A stretch of DNA of 64,000 nucleotides from Candidatus Hecatella orcuttiae (GTDB taxonomy: Archaea; Thermoproteota; Bathyarchaeia; Hecatellales; Hecatellaceae). The position numbers and the translations under genes were made by a program. How positions within the stretch are numbered: the first letter of the stretch is position 1; every line of letters begins with the position of its first letter. Below, piece after piece: positions 47,203-57,511 of this stretch. The stretch covers positions 352,001-416,000 of the forward strand of contig MTLY02000002.1 of NCBI GenBank assembly GCA_002011035.2, in the 5' to 3' direction. A model generated the notes under the pieces. The model made no database searches. It was not told the origin of the DNA and saw nothing but the letters and a program-made list of their open reading frames with translations.

Positions 47203-48237
47203 ATGGCTGTCAAGGTAGGTGTTTCCGGTTACGGGACCATTGGGAAACGTTTGGCTGAAGGTGTTGTGGCTCAGAAGGACATGGAGCTGGTGGGGGTAGC
47301 CGATGTAGCTCCCACTCTACCCGTCAAGTCGTTAAAAGCTAGGGGAATGCCCTACAAGCTCTACTGCGCAGACAAAAACAGGCTTCCCGACCTAGAGAAG
47401 GCCGGAATCCCCGTTTCCGGCATGCTGGAAGACCTCCTGTCGCAGGTGGATATCATCTTGGATTCTACACCTGCGGGAGTCGGCGCCAAGATGAAGAAGT
47501 TCTACGTCGAATACGGCGTCCCCGCGATCTTCCAGGGAGGCGAAAAGGGTGAAGTTGCAGATGTTTTCTTCCACGGCTACGCCAACTATGAGAAGGGTCT
47601 GGGGAAGAAATATCTCCTCCTAACCTCCTGCAATACCACAGGCCTCATCAGGGCTGTGGACTGTCTGGATAGAGCCTTCGGCGTCGAGAAAGTAGCCATC
47701 ACCATCATTCGCAGGTGTGCGGATCCAGGGGACCTTCACCGAGGGTATGTGGACTTGGCTAAGGTGGACCCTGTTCCAAGCCACCAAGCCACGGATCTCA
47801 TGGAGATCATGCCGCATGTCAAGGCTACGGGGCTGTTGGTGCATGTTCCCATAACTCACGGTCATATCATAAATGTGGTGGCAACGCCGAAAAGGAAAAT
47901 CACCAAGGAAGAAGCGTTGGCGGAATTCCACAGGCATCCCAGGATCCATGTGGTTAAGATATCTGAAGGTTTCGCCTCTAACACAGCGCTCTTTCAGTTC
48001 TCTAGGTTCACCCACAGGCCTTGCGCAGACATGTATGAGATAGCTGTCTACGAGGAGACCATAGGCTTTTCCGGAGATGACATAACCTTCGCCATCTACA
48101 TACCGCAGGAAGCTGTAACCATACCTGAAACCATCGACGGCATCAGGGCTTCGCTGCAAATGCAGAAAGACCGTCTTGAGGCTGTATCCGCAACTAACAG
48201 GCATCTTGGACTGGAGCCCAAAAAGCCCCTCTATTAA
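47203..48237 (+). CDS. gap: Type II (archaeal-type) glyceraldehyde-3-phosphate dehydrogenase
   Basis: GYGTIGKR, IFQGGEK, SCNTTGL, RR.ADP, QEA.TIPE.ID.IRA. Confidence 0.9.
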   Translation: MAVKVGVSGYGTIGKRLAEGVVAQKDMELVGVADVAPTLPVKSLKARGMPYKLYCADKNRLPDLEKAGIPVSGMLEDLLSQVDIILDSTPAGVGAKMKKFYVEYGVPAIFQGGEKGEVADVFFHGYANYEKGLGKKYLLLTSCNTTGLIRAVDCLDRAFGVEKVAITIIRRCADPGDLHRGYVDLAKVDPVPSHQATDLMEIMPHVKATGLLVHVPITHGHIINVVATPKRKITKEEALAEFHRHPRIHVVKISEGFASNTALFQFSRFTHRPCADMYEIAVYEETIGFSGDDITFAIYIPQEAVTIPETIDGIRASLQMQKDRLEAVSATNRHLGLEPKKPLY

Positions 48238-48293
48238 CCAGCTCCCTCAGGTAGCCGTTAGGAAGACAGTTTCTCCGCAGGGGGAAACAGCTT

Positions 48294-49556
48294 TTAAGAG
48301 GAGCGGCTCAGATATCTTTTCGCCGCTTTCTTCAGCGCGGTTACCACCGGAAGCTCCTCGCCTGAAAGGTATCTGACTAAGGCCCCTCCGCCTGTGCTTA
48401 CGTAGGAAACCTTATCGCGGAGGCTGTATTTTTCCAGAGCAGTTACGGAGTGCCCGCCTCCCACAACTGAGAATACTCCGGATTCCACTATTACTTTCAA
48501 GAGTCTTTCTGTGCCGGAGGCAAACTCTTCCCTTTCAAACATGCCCGGGGGGCCGCTGAAGAAAACTGTCTTCGCTTTCTTGATCATCTCCGAATATTTT
48601 TCAACAGTCTTCTTGCCTATGTCCATCACAGGACTGTCGGTGGGCAGGGAGGAAGTTTCTATCTCCATCCTGCCGTTCTTGTCGACGGCTAGGTCCGTTG
48701 GGAATTCGATTTTATCCCCGTAGGTGTCCAGCAGGTGCTTGGAGGCTGAAACGTATTTCTCGTAGTGCATTTCCTTGATAAGCGACTCCGTGGGGTCGCC
48801 TAGGCTATATCCTGAAGCCTTCAACATCAGCAAGCCGATGATTCCGGAGGTCAGCAGCTTATCGGCCACGCCTCTCTTAAGGACAGGTTCCATCATGACG
48901 TATCTGTCGGAAATCTTGCTCCCGCCTAGGAAGAAAACACACGGCCTTTCAGGGTTATCCCTGATCTTACTGAGGGCTCTCAGCTCGGCCTCCAATGCTC
49001 TCCCCGCCACCGCGGGAAGAACCTCCGCAAAGCCGACGAGGGAAGGCTGGGATTTGTGAGCCGCAGCGAAGGCGTCGTTGATGAACACATCCGCCAGCGG
49101 GTAGAGCTTCTGAACGAGCAAGGTTTGAGCCTGTTCCTCTGGAGACCGGGTGATGGTGTCTTCGAACAGCCTGGTGTCTTCGCTGAAGTATCTGGTGTTC
49201 TCCAACACCAGAACCTCCCCCTCTCCCAGTTTCCTTATCGCCTCCCGGGCGGCAGGCCCGAAGATGTCGTCGATGTACTTCACCTCTCTGCCCAGTATGC
49301 CGGAGAGAATCCGCGCGTGCTGCTCCAACGGTATGAACTGGTCTAGAAACAGGGGGTCTCCTTGGTGCGCTAAGATTACCACCTTGGCTCCTTTTTCCAG
49401 AAGCTCCTTTATGGTTTTTTCATGCGCCCTGATCCGGAAATCGTCTAGAATTTTTTTAGTTTTAGGATCTAAGGCGGAGTTGAAGTCCACCCTGAGAAGC
49501 ACGGTCTTACCGTGGAAGTCGAAATCGTCCATGGTTAAAATTTCTCCGTCGATCAT
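48294..49556 (-). CDS. pgk: Phosphoglycerate kinase
   Basis: RVDFNS, AHQG, LENTRY, NDAFAAAH, LGGSK, GGGH, STGGGA. Confidence 0.95.
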   Translation of the reverse strand: MIDGEILTMDDFDFHGKTVLLRVDFNSALDPKTKKILDDFRIRAHEKTIKELLEKGAKVVILAHQGDPLFLDQFIPLEQHARILSGILGREVKYIDDIFGPAAREAIRKLGEGEVLVLENTRYFSEDTRLFEDTITRSPEEQAQTLLVQKLYPLADVFINDAFAAAHKSQPSLVGFAEVLPAVAGRALEAELRALSKIRDNPERPCVFFLGGSKISDRYVMMEPVLKRGVADKLLTSGIIGLLMLKASGYSLGDPTESLIKEMHYEKYVSASKHLLDTYGDKIEFPTDLAVDKNGRMEIETSSLPTDSPVMDIGKKTVEKYSEMIKKAKTVFFSGPPGMFEREEFASGTERLLKVIVESGVFSVVGGGHSVTALEKYSLRDKVSYVSTGGGALVRYLSGEELPVVTALKKAAKRYLSRSS

Positions 49557-49740
49557 TCTTCGTTTACCTCCAAGATTTCAAGGCCGCATGTTACATGGTT
49601 TATTGACAGCTTCTCAGATTATAAAAGTTGCCATGGTTTATGGCGCCCACTGTAGCGGTATCCTATTGAAGTGTTTCCTTTCCTAGAACTGTTGAGGGAA
49701 AGGTACATTTACTATCTTTTTTGAGGTTTCTGGGTTTTCT

Positions 49741-50067
49741 CTAACCGCCTTCTATCGGTGCTAAGATTTTCACCCATTCTCCGTCTTTCAGTTTTTTGGT
49801 AGGCTTATCGATTCCCGCTATCAGTTCCCTGCTGATCACAAAAGGGTACATTTCTAGGTATTTTTTGGCTTCAGCTCCATACTTTTCACCGAGATGCTCT
49901 ATCAGAGTCTTCACGGTGGCTCCGGAAGGCAGCGTAATGCTCTCGCATTTAACGCCCCCTACTATAGGTGAAAACCATCCGTACTCTATGAACACTTTAA
50001 TCTGTGTTGGACCGCTGTTTTCACCCAATCTATTTTCCCGGAGGCCGTAACCCGCGAGAATTTTCAT
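49741..50067 (-). CDS. MoaD/ThiS (SAMP) ubiquitin-like sulfur carrier
   Basis: TVKTLIEHL, LKDGEWVKILAPIEGG with C-terminal GG. True start is probably downstream of 50067. Confidence 0.8.
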   Translation of the reverse strand: MKILAGYGLRENRLGENSGPTQIKVFIEYGWFSPIVGGVKCESITLPSGATVKTLIEHLGEKYGAEAKKYLEMYPFVISRELIAGIDKPTKKLKDGEWVKILAPIEGG

Positions 50068-50146
50068 TCTACCCTCTTATTAAGGTAACGTCCGTTTTCT
50101 CTTGACCTTTCAGCTTGTGGGTGTGCAAGAATTTCCCAGGCTGTGT

Positions 50147-50458
50147 TCAGAGGGCGTAGACGTCTTGGTTTTCGTCGACCTTGAGCTCTATCTTGGTTAA
50201 GCTTTTGTTCAACTCGAAGAGGGAGCTGTGCCTGTACACGGAGCCGTCTTCTACGTTGAACAGGGAGAGATGGCATTCGCAGAGCATTTTGTTGAGCTGT
50301 TCATCCCATTCGATGTTTCCCCCTTCATGGGGGCAAACGGTAAGGTAGGCCACCAGCTTGCCCCCTTTGGTTCGAACGAGAATGGCTTTTTCGCCCTTAT
50401 AGTTGAAGGTTAGAGAGCCTCCGGGTTTAACGTCCTTAAGGTTGGCTATTTTCTCCAA
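50147..50458 (-). CDS. Rieske 2Fe-2S domain protein
   Basis: CPHEGG...CECHLSLF. Probable TTG start at 50458. Confidence 0.9.
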   Translation of the reverse strand: MEKIANLKDVKPGGSLTFNYKGEKAILVRTKGGKLVAYLTVCPHEGGNIEWDEQLNKMLCECHLSLFNVEDGSVYRHSSLFELNKSLTKIELKVDENQDVYAL

Positions 50459-50522
50459 GGATCTCCCTTCTCCCTCAGCGCTTCTTAGCGAATAAAGATA
50501 AGGATGTAACTTAAAAGGTTCC

Positions 50523-51170
50523 CTATAAAACAAAGACTGCTTGGGCTCCGTACTTCAGCAGAAAGTATGCACCGAAAAAGAACAGCGCTCCAGCGCAGCC
50601 TAACGTTAGAGGTTGATGAAGACTCGAGAGCATGCCCCTCCCACGCCAGACAACTTGGGAGAGGCCAGAGTACCAAGCGAGGTCGGCGAGAAAGTGCCCC
50701 GCCACCCAGAAGCTCAGGCCTAGGACAGCGGAGACAGCGTAGGCTTCCATCATCATCGCCAACCCAACGGTGGCCCACCAGAGAGCGACACTGGGATTCA
50801 GCGCGGTGCTGAAAAGGACGCCGCCTACCACTGGGTGGGTTCTCAATCCGAGGCTCTGCGCGGGAACAAGGAGGCTGCGCTGCCTTCCAGCCTTCAACAG
50901 AGTGAAGAGCGCGAAGGTAATGAGGAGAATACCGCCGATGATGCCCACAGCGGTTTGGAAAGCCCAGACGCTGAGGATGAAGCCGAGGCCGGTGAAGATA
51001 AGGGCGATGATTCCCCCTTCTACTAAGATGTGCCCTAGGGCTGTGAGGGGCCCTGCCTTGGCTCCGTAGGAGGGGGTTTTAGTTAGGAGGAAGACGGAGA
51101 GGGGGCCGGGGATGAGGGCGCCTGAAAGAGCCACTACGAACCCTATGCCTAGTTGGTATATTTCTATCAA
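50523..51170 (-). CDS. LysE family translocator
   Basis: SGALIPGP, LGH.LVE, ALNP...WW. Confidence 0.9.
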   Translation of the reverse strand: MIEIYQLGIGFVVALSGALIPGPLSVFLLTKTPSYGAKAGPLTALGHILVEGGIIALIFTGLGFILSVWAFQTAVGIIGGILLITFALFTLLKAGRQRSLLVPAQSLGLRTHPVVGGVLFSTALNPSVALWWATVGLAMMMEAYAVSAVLGLSFWVAGHFLADLAWYSGLSQVVWRGRGMLSSLHQPLTLGCAGALFFFGAYFLLKYGAQAVFVL

Positions 51171-51201
51171 CGTAGGGCCCGAGGCGCTTTCGTAGGCCGG
51201 A

Positions 51202-51999
51202 TTATTTTTTTAGAACTTCCCTGAGGGGGACTATTTCTATTCCTTCTTCTTCCAGCCTTTTTCTCACGGTTCTGACGACTTCAGGTGCGTTGGACGGGTC
51301 TCCGTGCATGGTTAAGGTTTCTGCCTCCATCTTGATGATGGTTCCGTCTATGGCGGGGATTTTCCCTTCCTTGACAACCATCAAGGCTCTCTCAGCCACA
51401 ACGTTCGGATCCCAGTTTTTCTTCACCCTTTCGATGATCCAGTCTCCCTGCTGGCTGTAGTGCAAGTCGACCATGGCGTCGCGTGCCACCCTCACGCCTT
51501 TTCTTTTAGCCACCACATGCGCCTTAGATCTTTCCTCGCTTTCCGTGATGAATATGAGCTCCGGGTCGACGTCTCTAACGCCCTCGATTATCGCCTCAGC
51601 TAAGGCTTCATCTCTTTCCACCATGGCGTAGAGGGTGCCATGGGGCTTAATATGCTCAAGCTTAAGCCCCTCCGCTTCTGCGAAAGCCTTCAAAGCACCC
51701 AGCTGGTAAACGATGTAGTTTCTCAGCTCATCGGGTGTTATTTTAATCTCTCTCCTACCAAAACCAGCCAAGTCCGGAAGCCCAGGGTGAGCGCCCACGG
51801 CTACGCCGTATTTTTTTGCAAGCCTGACTGTAGCCCTCATGACCATGGGGTCTCCGGCGTGGAAGCCGCAGGCGATGTTCGTGGAGCTCACATACTTCAT
51901 GACTTCTTCGTCATTTCCGATCTTGTATCTTCCGAAGCTTTCACCCATGTCGACGTTTATGTCAATCCGTTTAGCCACTTCAATCCACCTATCTTTCAC
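51202..51999 (-). CDS. pxpA: 5-oxoprolinase subunit A (LamB/YcsF)
   Basis: DIN.DMGE.FG, NIACGFHAGDP, GAHP..PD..GFGRR, HIKPHG.LY, MHGD. Confidence 0.94.
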   Translation of the reverse strand: MKDRWIEVAKRIDINVDMGESFGRYKIGNDEEVMKYVSSTNIACGFHAGDPMVMRATVRLAKKYGVAVGAHPGLPDLAGFGRREIKITPDELRNYIVYQLGALKAFAEAEGLKLEHIKPHGTLYAMVERDEALAEAIIEGVRDVDPELIFITESEERSKAHVVAKRKGVRVARDAMVDLHYSQQGDWIIERVKKNWDPNVVAERALMVVKEGKIPAIDGTIIKMEAETLTMHGDPSNAPEVVRTVRKRLEEEGIEIVPLREVLKK

Positions 52000-52081
52000 T
52001 GGTCTTCAGCGAATTTAAATCTTAGCTCACGGGTGTGCCGCAAAACAGGTTGCGGATGAAGTTAAAGATTTAGAAAAAATA

Positions 52082-53350
52082 TTAACCTAAGAGGTAGGCT
52101 TGGAGGCCCAGTTTTTTCGCAGCCTTTACCAAAAAGTCGCTGTGGTCTCCGTAGCTTAAAACTTGATGGTTGCCTGAGTTCTCCAGAAAATCTCGGGCTT
52201 CACAGTCCAGTTTAACGTCGGCTTGAGTTCGGCAGAGCTTCCAGTGGCCGAGCTGAGACTCGGTCAGCCTTCCAGTGGCAATCACAAGCTTCGGAGGGTT
52301 GAGGGTCAGGTGGGCTAGGGTTACTTTCCCCCTTCTCATAGGGACGTCCAACGCCACACCTGAGCCGGATTCGAAATGGTTTCGGATTCGAACCAAGCCT
52401 GCTGGCTCTGAAAGCTTGAGGGGAGCTGCGCAATGGGTTAGGGCTACAACTCCGTTTATCTGGTCGAGTTTGGCGGCGTTGGCCATCCACAGGGGTTCGG
52501 GGGTTACGTATCTGAGGAGAAGCATGAGGAGGAGGGACGGAAAATCAGCTTCGCAGACTCCGGGGATGCCTTCGTCGCTGAGGAATGCCAGGGGGACGCA
52601 GGGGTTCATGCCGGTATGCCTCAGAAACCTGTAGCAGTCCACGGTTACCGCTTTCAGGTCTTCCTCCAAGGCCACCTGCCTCATGGCTAGGTAGAGTTTA
52701 GCCATTTTCTCTAGGTCTTTCCGAGAAGGCTCCACCACCTCCGCATTCTTCAGTTTACTCTTCAGAACATGTTCAGCAGACTCGGCTGGAATCTTCGAGG
52801 TTGTCGCCTTCAGCACCTCCACGGAAACCGGAACTGTTTCCACTTGAAACCGGTCTCTGAAATACCGGATCACAGCTTGATAGGGGGGAAGTTCTTCTTC
52901 CTCCACGAAAAACCCAACCTTGATGTTTCTGAGGGCCTTCGCCGCGCCGGAGGCGTAGGTTTCTGAAACTATCTCCCGGGGGGCTGCGGACAGGTTGTTG
53001 TAGACGAAGGTGGCCTTCCAAGCCTGTTTCTCCATCAGCTTCTCTCTGGCGTCCAAGGCGGCTGGGAGGCTGTTGTTTTCATGATAGCTCCACATCGTCC
53101 ATTCCTTACCGGCCATGAGCTCCGTGGCTAGGGTGCTGGTGCCGCCGCTGGCGATGAAGATCACCACCGCGTCGAACTCTTCGGTTTTGGCTGAGGGAAA
53201 CTCCCCAGCCTCTCTGATGGGCTTCCGGGGGCCGAAGACTTTTATTCCCGATTCCTCCAGCAGAGACCTAGCTCTGATGATGGGGCCGGGAACCCTCTCC
53301 ACATGTAGTGGGGAGGCTATGGGTATCAGGTAAACAGAAGGCTTTTCCAA
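52082..53350 (-). CDS. L-fucose/L-arabinose isomerase-like protein
   Basis: SGGT, NSLPAAL, PC, CEAD, HC..P, HFESG.GV, CRTQ, GNH...YGDH. Confidence 0.85.
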   Translation of the reverse strand: MEKPSVYLIPIASPLHVERVPGPIIRARSLLEESGIKVFGPRKPIREAGEFPSAKTEEFDAVVIFIASGGTSTLATELMAGKEWTMWSYHENNSLPAALDAREKLMEKQAWKATFVYNNLSAAPREIVSETYASGAAKALRNIKVGFFVEEEELPPYQAVIRYFRDRFQVETVPVSVEVLKATTSKIPAESAEHVLKSKLKNAEVVEPSRKDLEKMAKLYLAMRQVALEEDLKAVTVDCYRFLRHTGMNPCVPLAFLSDEGIPGVCEADFPSLLLMLLLRYVTPEPLWMANAAKLDQINGVVALTHCAAPLKLSEPAGLVRIRNHFESGSGVALDVPMRRGKVTLAHLTLNPPKLVIATGRLTESQLGHWKLCRTQADVKLDCEARDFLENSGNHQVLSYGDHSDFLVKAAKKLGLQAYLLG

Positions 53351-53508
53351 CCTTGGGCTCCCTCGGTTATCCTTCCCTTTTAGAGGGTTTCAGTTTTAGG
53401 TCTTTCAGCACTGCGAGTAAATAAGGTTTTTCAAGGCTACTTTTTTGTCGATGGTAATTTTTAAATCGTTGAACCACAGCTTAGCTAAGGATTGAAGGCG
53501 GAGACGCT

Positions 53509-54630
53509 TTGAGAAAGATCATCACCATAGCACAGCCCATCATAGGGAAGGAAGAAATAGAAGCCGTGGTCGGGGTTTTGAAAAGCGGCATCCTCACTTC
53601 TTCCCGCGGAGATGGGCCTTATGCTAAAAAATTTGAGGAAAGCTTCGCCAAGTATGTGGGCGTAAAATACGCGGTGGCCATGAGCTCCGGGACGGCGGCC
53701 TTGCATGCTGCCCTCCTGGCCGCGGAGCTGAGCCCTGACAGCGAAGTGATCGTTCCCAGCTTCACCTTCACGGCTACTGCCTCCGCTGTGGTTTTGGCGG
53801 GGGCTAAACCTGTTTTTGTCGACATCGACCCTAAAACTTTCAACATGGACCCTGTCTGCTTCGAGGAGGCCATAACCAGCAAGACTCAGGCTGTCATCCC
53901 CGTGCACATGTACGGGTTGATGGCGAACATGGAGGAGATTGTCAGAATAGCCAAGGAGAACGACCTAGAGGTCATCGAGGACGCAGCCCACAGTGTGGGA
54001 GCTGAGCTGAAGGGTAAAAAGGCGGGGTCCTTCGGAGACTACGGCTGCTTCAGCTTCTATGCCTCCAAAAACCTCACCACAGGGGAGGGAGGCATCGTCA
54101 CCACCAACCGGCGGGAGAACATGGAGGCTCTCTGCTCCATTAGGGCCCACGGCTTCGGAAGACATCAGTCCAGCGAAATCCTCGGCCACAACTACAGGAT
54201 GTCCGAGCTGGCTTGCGCCATCGGCTACTACCAGCTTCTGAAGCTTCCCAAGTTTCTGGAAGCCCGGAGGAGGAACGCTGCCAAGCTGACCTCCCTTCTG
54301 GAAGGGTCCGCTCGGCTGGAGCTTCCCGAGGAGCCGGAGGGCTACAAGCATGCTTGGCACCTCTACACCATCAGGCTTCGGGGAAGCAGGGCTGGGGAGA
54401 GGAACAAGATCGTCAACAAGCTGGTCAACGCGGGCATTCAGGCGGAGGTCTTCTACAGCACGCCCCTCCATTTGGCGCCCTTCTATCGGAGGAAGTTCGG
54501 CTTCCGACCTCGCTCTCTCCCCCGGACGGAAACCGCGGCTAGGCAGGTTTTCTCCTTGCCTGTGCACCCGGAGCTGAGCGATGAGGACCTCCGCTACATG
54601 GCCCAGCGGCTGACCAGAATCGTCAGGTAG
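53509..54630 (+). CDS. DegT/DnrJ/EryC1/StrS PLP-dependent aminotransferase
   Basis: SSGTAALH, IEDAAH, FSFYASKNLTTGEGG, G.NYRM, SLPVHP. Confidence 0.95.
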   Translation: MRKIITIAQPIIGKEEIEAVVGVLKSGILTSSRGDGPYAKKFEESFAKYVGVKYAVAMSSGTAALHAALLAAELSPDSEVIVPSFTFTATASAVVLAGAKPVFVDIDPKTFNMDPVCFEEAITSKTQAVIPVHMYGLMANMEEIVRIAKENDLEVIEDAAHSVGAELKGKKAGSFGDYGCFSFYASKNLTTGEGGIVTTNRRENMEALCSIRAHGFGRHQSSEILGHNYRMSELACAIGYYQLLKLPKFLEARRRNAAKLTSLLEGSARLELPEEPEGYKHAWHLYTIRLRGSRAGERNKIVNKLVNAGIQAEVFYSTPLHLAPFYRRKFGFRPRSLPRTETAARQVFSLPVHPELSDEDLRYMAQRLTRIVR

Positions 54631-55900
54631 CCGGCTGGTTGTTTCGGGTTTTCTTTTTCTTTCCTTCCTTTTTGGCGGTTTCCCGGACCTCGCGGAGGGG
54701 TTGCCTGGTTTCGAGGGAGATCCTTCGCACGTCTTCGAATTCAGGTTTAACCTGCACTGTTTTCCCTTCCCGGTCTTGGGCTATTTTGACGTGGGCGGTA
54801 AACTTTTTCCCCGCCACCTCCACTTCCACTAGGCGGGTTCGACGGGAGAGCGTAAACCTGCGGACGGGCTGAACCCGGATGCCTAGGGTGCCGGTTTCCC
54901 TGAAGACCAAGTCCGCCAGCCGGTCTAGGTTTTCCCTCCCAGCTAGGACGCCTAGGAGGTGGACGGGTCTCCCCTTCTTGCCCGTGCATGGGATGATGTA
55001 AAAGTCTCTGGCGCCCTCCTCCATCAGCCTCTCCCCCAAATAGCCTAGGGTCTCCCCGCTGACGTCGTCCAAGTTAGTTTCGAGGAGGTAGACCTCCTCT
55101 TGGGCGAAAGGGCTCTCCCACCGTCGGCCTAGGTAGACCCTCAGAAGGTTGGGGACGGCTTCAGGGTCCCGGGCTCCAGCTCCGTGGCCCACCTTGTAGG
55201 GCTGAGTCAGAGGGAGCGCCGCCGCCGGCTCAGCAAGGTTCACGAGGAGGGCGACGCCGGTGGGGGTTGACCGCTCCTCTCCTGAGCGGCCTGTTTCGAA
55301 GGGGAAGTTTTTCTCCCTCAAAATCTCGAGGACGATGGGAGGCGGCTGGGTTAGGATGCCGTGGGAGGTCTTCACCTTGCCGCTGCCCACCACCACTGGA
55401 AGGGAGTAGACTTGGGTTTCCAGCAGGCCTAGGTCCTCTAGGGCGGTGGTGACGCCTACGATGTCGGCTAGGGTGTCGGCGGAAGCCATCTCCCCCAGGA
55501 TGAGCTGCTCCTCCGAGGTGGCGTGGAGGTAGGTTTCCCCCTTCAGCAAGGTGGACAGGGTGCGGAGGGCGTAGGCCTTAGCCTCGTCGGAGAGGGTGGA
55601 GGCGGCCAAGTAGCTCTGCAGGGCTTCCTTCAGCTCCCGCCCTGTTCTACTATCGAAGCGCTCCTTGACTTGGATGTCTGCTCTCACACCTCTTATCCCA
55701 TGCCTCAGGACTTGGGAGACCTTCAGCTCTAGGTCTTCGCAGCCGGGGATAACCGCGCTTAGCCTCCGGAAGGCTTCTTGGATCTTTTCAGGGGAGGCTC
55801 CTAGGTCGATGAGGGCTCCTAGGAGCATATCACCGGAGACACCGGCCAGCTGGGGGTCGATGACGGCCACGGTTTTCCTGCTGGGCAAGGGAACCATCAC
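54623..55900 (-). CDS. larC: Nickel-pincer cofactor biosynthesis protein LarC
   Basis: GVSGDM.LGALID, D.LADI, HG, TPTG, ETNLDD, KKGRP, ETGTLGIR, KPEFED. Confidence 0.93.
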   Translation of the reverse strand: MMVPLPSRKTVAVIDPQLAGVSGDMLLGALIDLGASPEKIQEAFRRLSAVIPGCEDLELKVSQVLRHGIRGVRADIQVKERFDSRTGRELKEALQSYLAASTLSDEAKAYALRTLSTLLKGETYLHATSEEQLILGEMASADTLADIVGVTTALEDLGLLETQVYSLPVVVGSGKVKTSHGILTQPPPIVLEILREKNFPFETGRSGEERSTPTGVALLVNLAEPAAALPLTQPYKVGHGAGARDPEAVPNLLRVYLGRRWESPFAQEEVYLLETNLDDVSGETLGYLGERLMEEGARDFYIIPCTGKKGRPVHLLGVLAGRENLDRLADLVFRETGTLGIRVQPVRRFTLSRRTRLVEVEVAGKKFTAHVKIAQDREGKTVQVKPEFEDVRRISLETRQPLREVRETAKKEGKKKKTRNNQPAT

Positions 55901-55955
55901 CTTAAATTGAAGGTTCCCCGGATTAAAATACGTTTATAACACGGGGAAACGCAGC

Positions 55956-56765
55956 ATGAGCCTAAGGGACCTGCTGAGGAAGGTGAAAAACGGCCGGCTG
56001 TCGTTGGGGGAGGCGGAAGCTCGGCTGAGGCTGGACATGGTCAAGGCTGTGGAAGACTACGCCAAGCTGGACGTGCACCGGCCTCTGCGGAGAAGAGTCC
56101 CAGAGGTCATCTTCGCCGAGAACAAAACCCCTGCGGAGACCGCTAAGATCGCCTCCGAACTCGCCGGCCAGGTGGGCGCAGCCTTGGTAGCCCGACTGTC
56201 CGAGGCCCACTGGAGGGAGCTGAAGAGGCTGGGGAGAAGGGGCTTCAAGGTGGAGCGCTGGGAAAGAGCCCGCATGACTGTGGTGCGGAAGAGAGGCGTA
56301 ACCCCGCCGCCCAGTAGCGGAGGCCGGGTGATGGTTCTCACCGCCGGAACAGCCGACGTGCCCGTGGCCGAGGAGGCTCGGGTAGTGGCGGGGGAGATGG
56401 GCTGCGAAGTCTACACCGCCTACGACGTAGGCGTCGCCGGCTTCCACCGGCTTCTCCAACCCCTGAAGGAAAGCCTCCGGAGGAAGGTGGACGTCATAGT
56501 GGTGGTAGCGGGAATGGAGGGCGCCTTGCCTTCGGTGGTAGCCAGCCTAGCCGACTGCCCGGTGATAGGCGTGCCCACCTCCACCGGCTACGGCCTGGGA
56601 GGCGGAGGCCAAGGAGCCCTGATGTCCATGCTCCAGTCCTGCACCTTGGGGCTGGCGGTGGTGAACATCGACAACGGAGTGGGCGCCGGAGCCCTCGCAG
56701 CCCTCATCGCCAACCGGGCGGCTGAGGCCCGAGCCTCCGCGTCCGGGAGAAAAAAGTGGGGCTGA
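55956..56765 (+). CDS. larB: Nickel-pincer cofactor biosynthesis protein LarB
   Basis: PEVIF..KT, AGTAD.PVAEEA, DVGVAG.HRL, AGMEGAL.SV, PTS.GYG, VNIDNG. Confidence 0.95.
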   Translation: MSLRDLLRKVKNGRLSLGEAEARLRLDMVKAVEDYAKLDVHRPLRRRVPEVIFAENKTPAETAKIASELAGQVGAALVARLSEAHWRELKRLGRRGFKVERWERARMTVVRKRGVTPPPSSGGRVMVLTAGTADVPVAEEARVVAGEMGCEVYTAYDVGVAGFHRLLQPLKESLRRKVDVIVVVAGMEGALPSVVASLADCPVIGVPTSTGYGLGGGGQGALMSMLQSCTLGLAVVNIDNGVGAGALAALIANRAAEARASASGRKKWG

Positions 56766-56800
56766 ATCTCGGTGTCCGGGTCTGGTAGGTCTGCGCTGTT

Positions 56801-57199
56801 CTATTGTTCGCGCATGATTTCGTCGGGGGTTCTGACGGATTCTCTCATCCACTTGAAGTGTTTCTTGTTCTGGGTGACTAGGACTGCTCCCTGCTGGAGG
56901 GCGGTGGCGCCTATGAGGAAGTCTCTTCCGTGGTGTTTGAAGGGTAGCCTAGGATTCTTCACCGCCTCGTCTACGGCTCTTTCACCCGCCGTCCTATCCA
57001 AGGGAGTGACGGAAGCTCGGATGCCGAGTAGAACGGTCTTCAACTCCTTAAACAAGCTCCGTCGAACGCTGCGAAGGTAGACTTCCACGTAGGCGACGAC
57101 GGGCACGCATACGTCGATTTCGCTTCTTTTCCTGAGCCAAGCTAAGAATTTTTTATGGTGGAAGACATTGGAGTCTAAGAGAAGCCTAATCCTATGCAT
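56801..57199 (-). CDS. vapC: PIN-domain (VapC) toxin
   Basis: LLDSNVF, E, D.LIGATA, LVTQNKKHF. Confidence 0.88.
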   Translation of the reverse strand: MHRIRLLLDSNVFHHKKFLAWLRKRSEIDVCVPVVAYVEVYLRSVRRSLFKELKTVLLGIRASVTPLDRTAGERAVDEAVKNPRLPFKHHGRDFLIGATALQQGAVLVTQNKKHFKWMRESVRTPDEIMREQ

Positions 57200-57455
57200 C
57201 TAGGCCACCCAAGGCCTTCCGCAGCTCTGCCGCTTCCTTAACTTCCACGTCCCTCATTCCCGGGCAGAACCTTGCAAGAGCTTCTTCAAACTCCTTATCG
57301 CTCACTCCAGAAGGCTTAGGGGCAAGCTCCGTCAAAAGGCGAATGGCCTCGTTGAGGGAGAGGTCGCGGCCTAGCTTCGACTGGGCTTTAAGCCTGCAGC
57401 TTAACAGCTGAGCGTAGGTTTCGTCATCCACCTTTATCGTCGAATATCCCGCCAA
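57192..57455 (-). CDS. Putative VapB-type antitoxin
   Basis: TIKVDDETYAQL...SLNEAIRLL ribbon-helix-helix-like. Overlaps the PIN gene start. Confidence 0.8.
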   Translation of the reverse strand: MAGYSTIKVDDETYAQLLSCRLKAQSKLGRDLSLNEAIRLLTELAPKPSGVSDKEFEEALARFCPGMRDVEVKEAAELRKALGGLDA

Positions 57456-57501
57456 CCTGCTTCACCCTCCGCCAGACCCAGAAGATAGCGTAGCACATCG
57501 C

Positions 57502-57511
57502 TGTAGCTACA
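57502..57511. promoter_or_regulatory. Palindrome TGTAGCTACA upstream of the vapBC pair, possible autoregulatory operator
   Basis: Perfect 10-bp palindrome about 45 bp upstream of the antitoxin start, with a partial copy GTAGCACA at 57490. Confidence 0.4.

Noticed and set aside
54623-56765. larB/larC as a novel system
   Set aside because: These are well-known nickel-pincer cofactor genes common in archaea. The absence of larE/larA from this window is uninformative.
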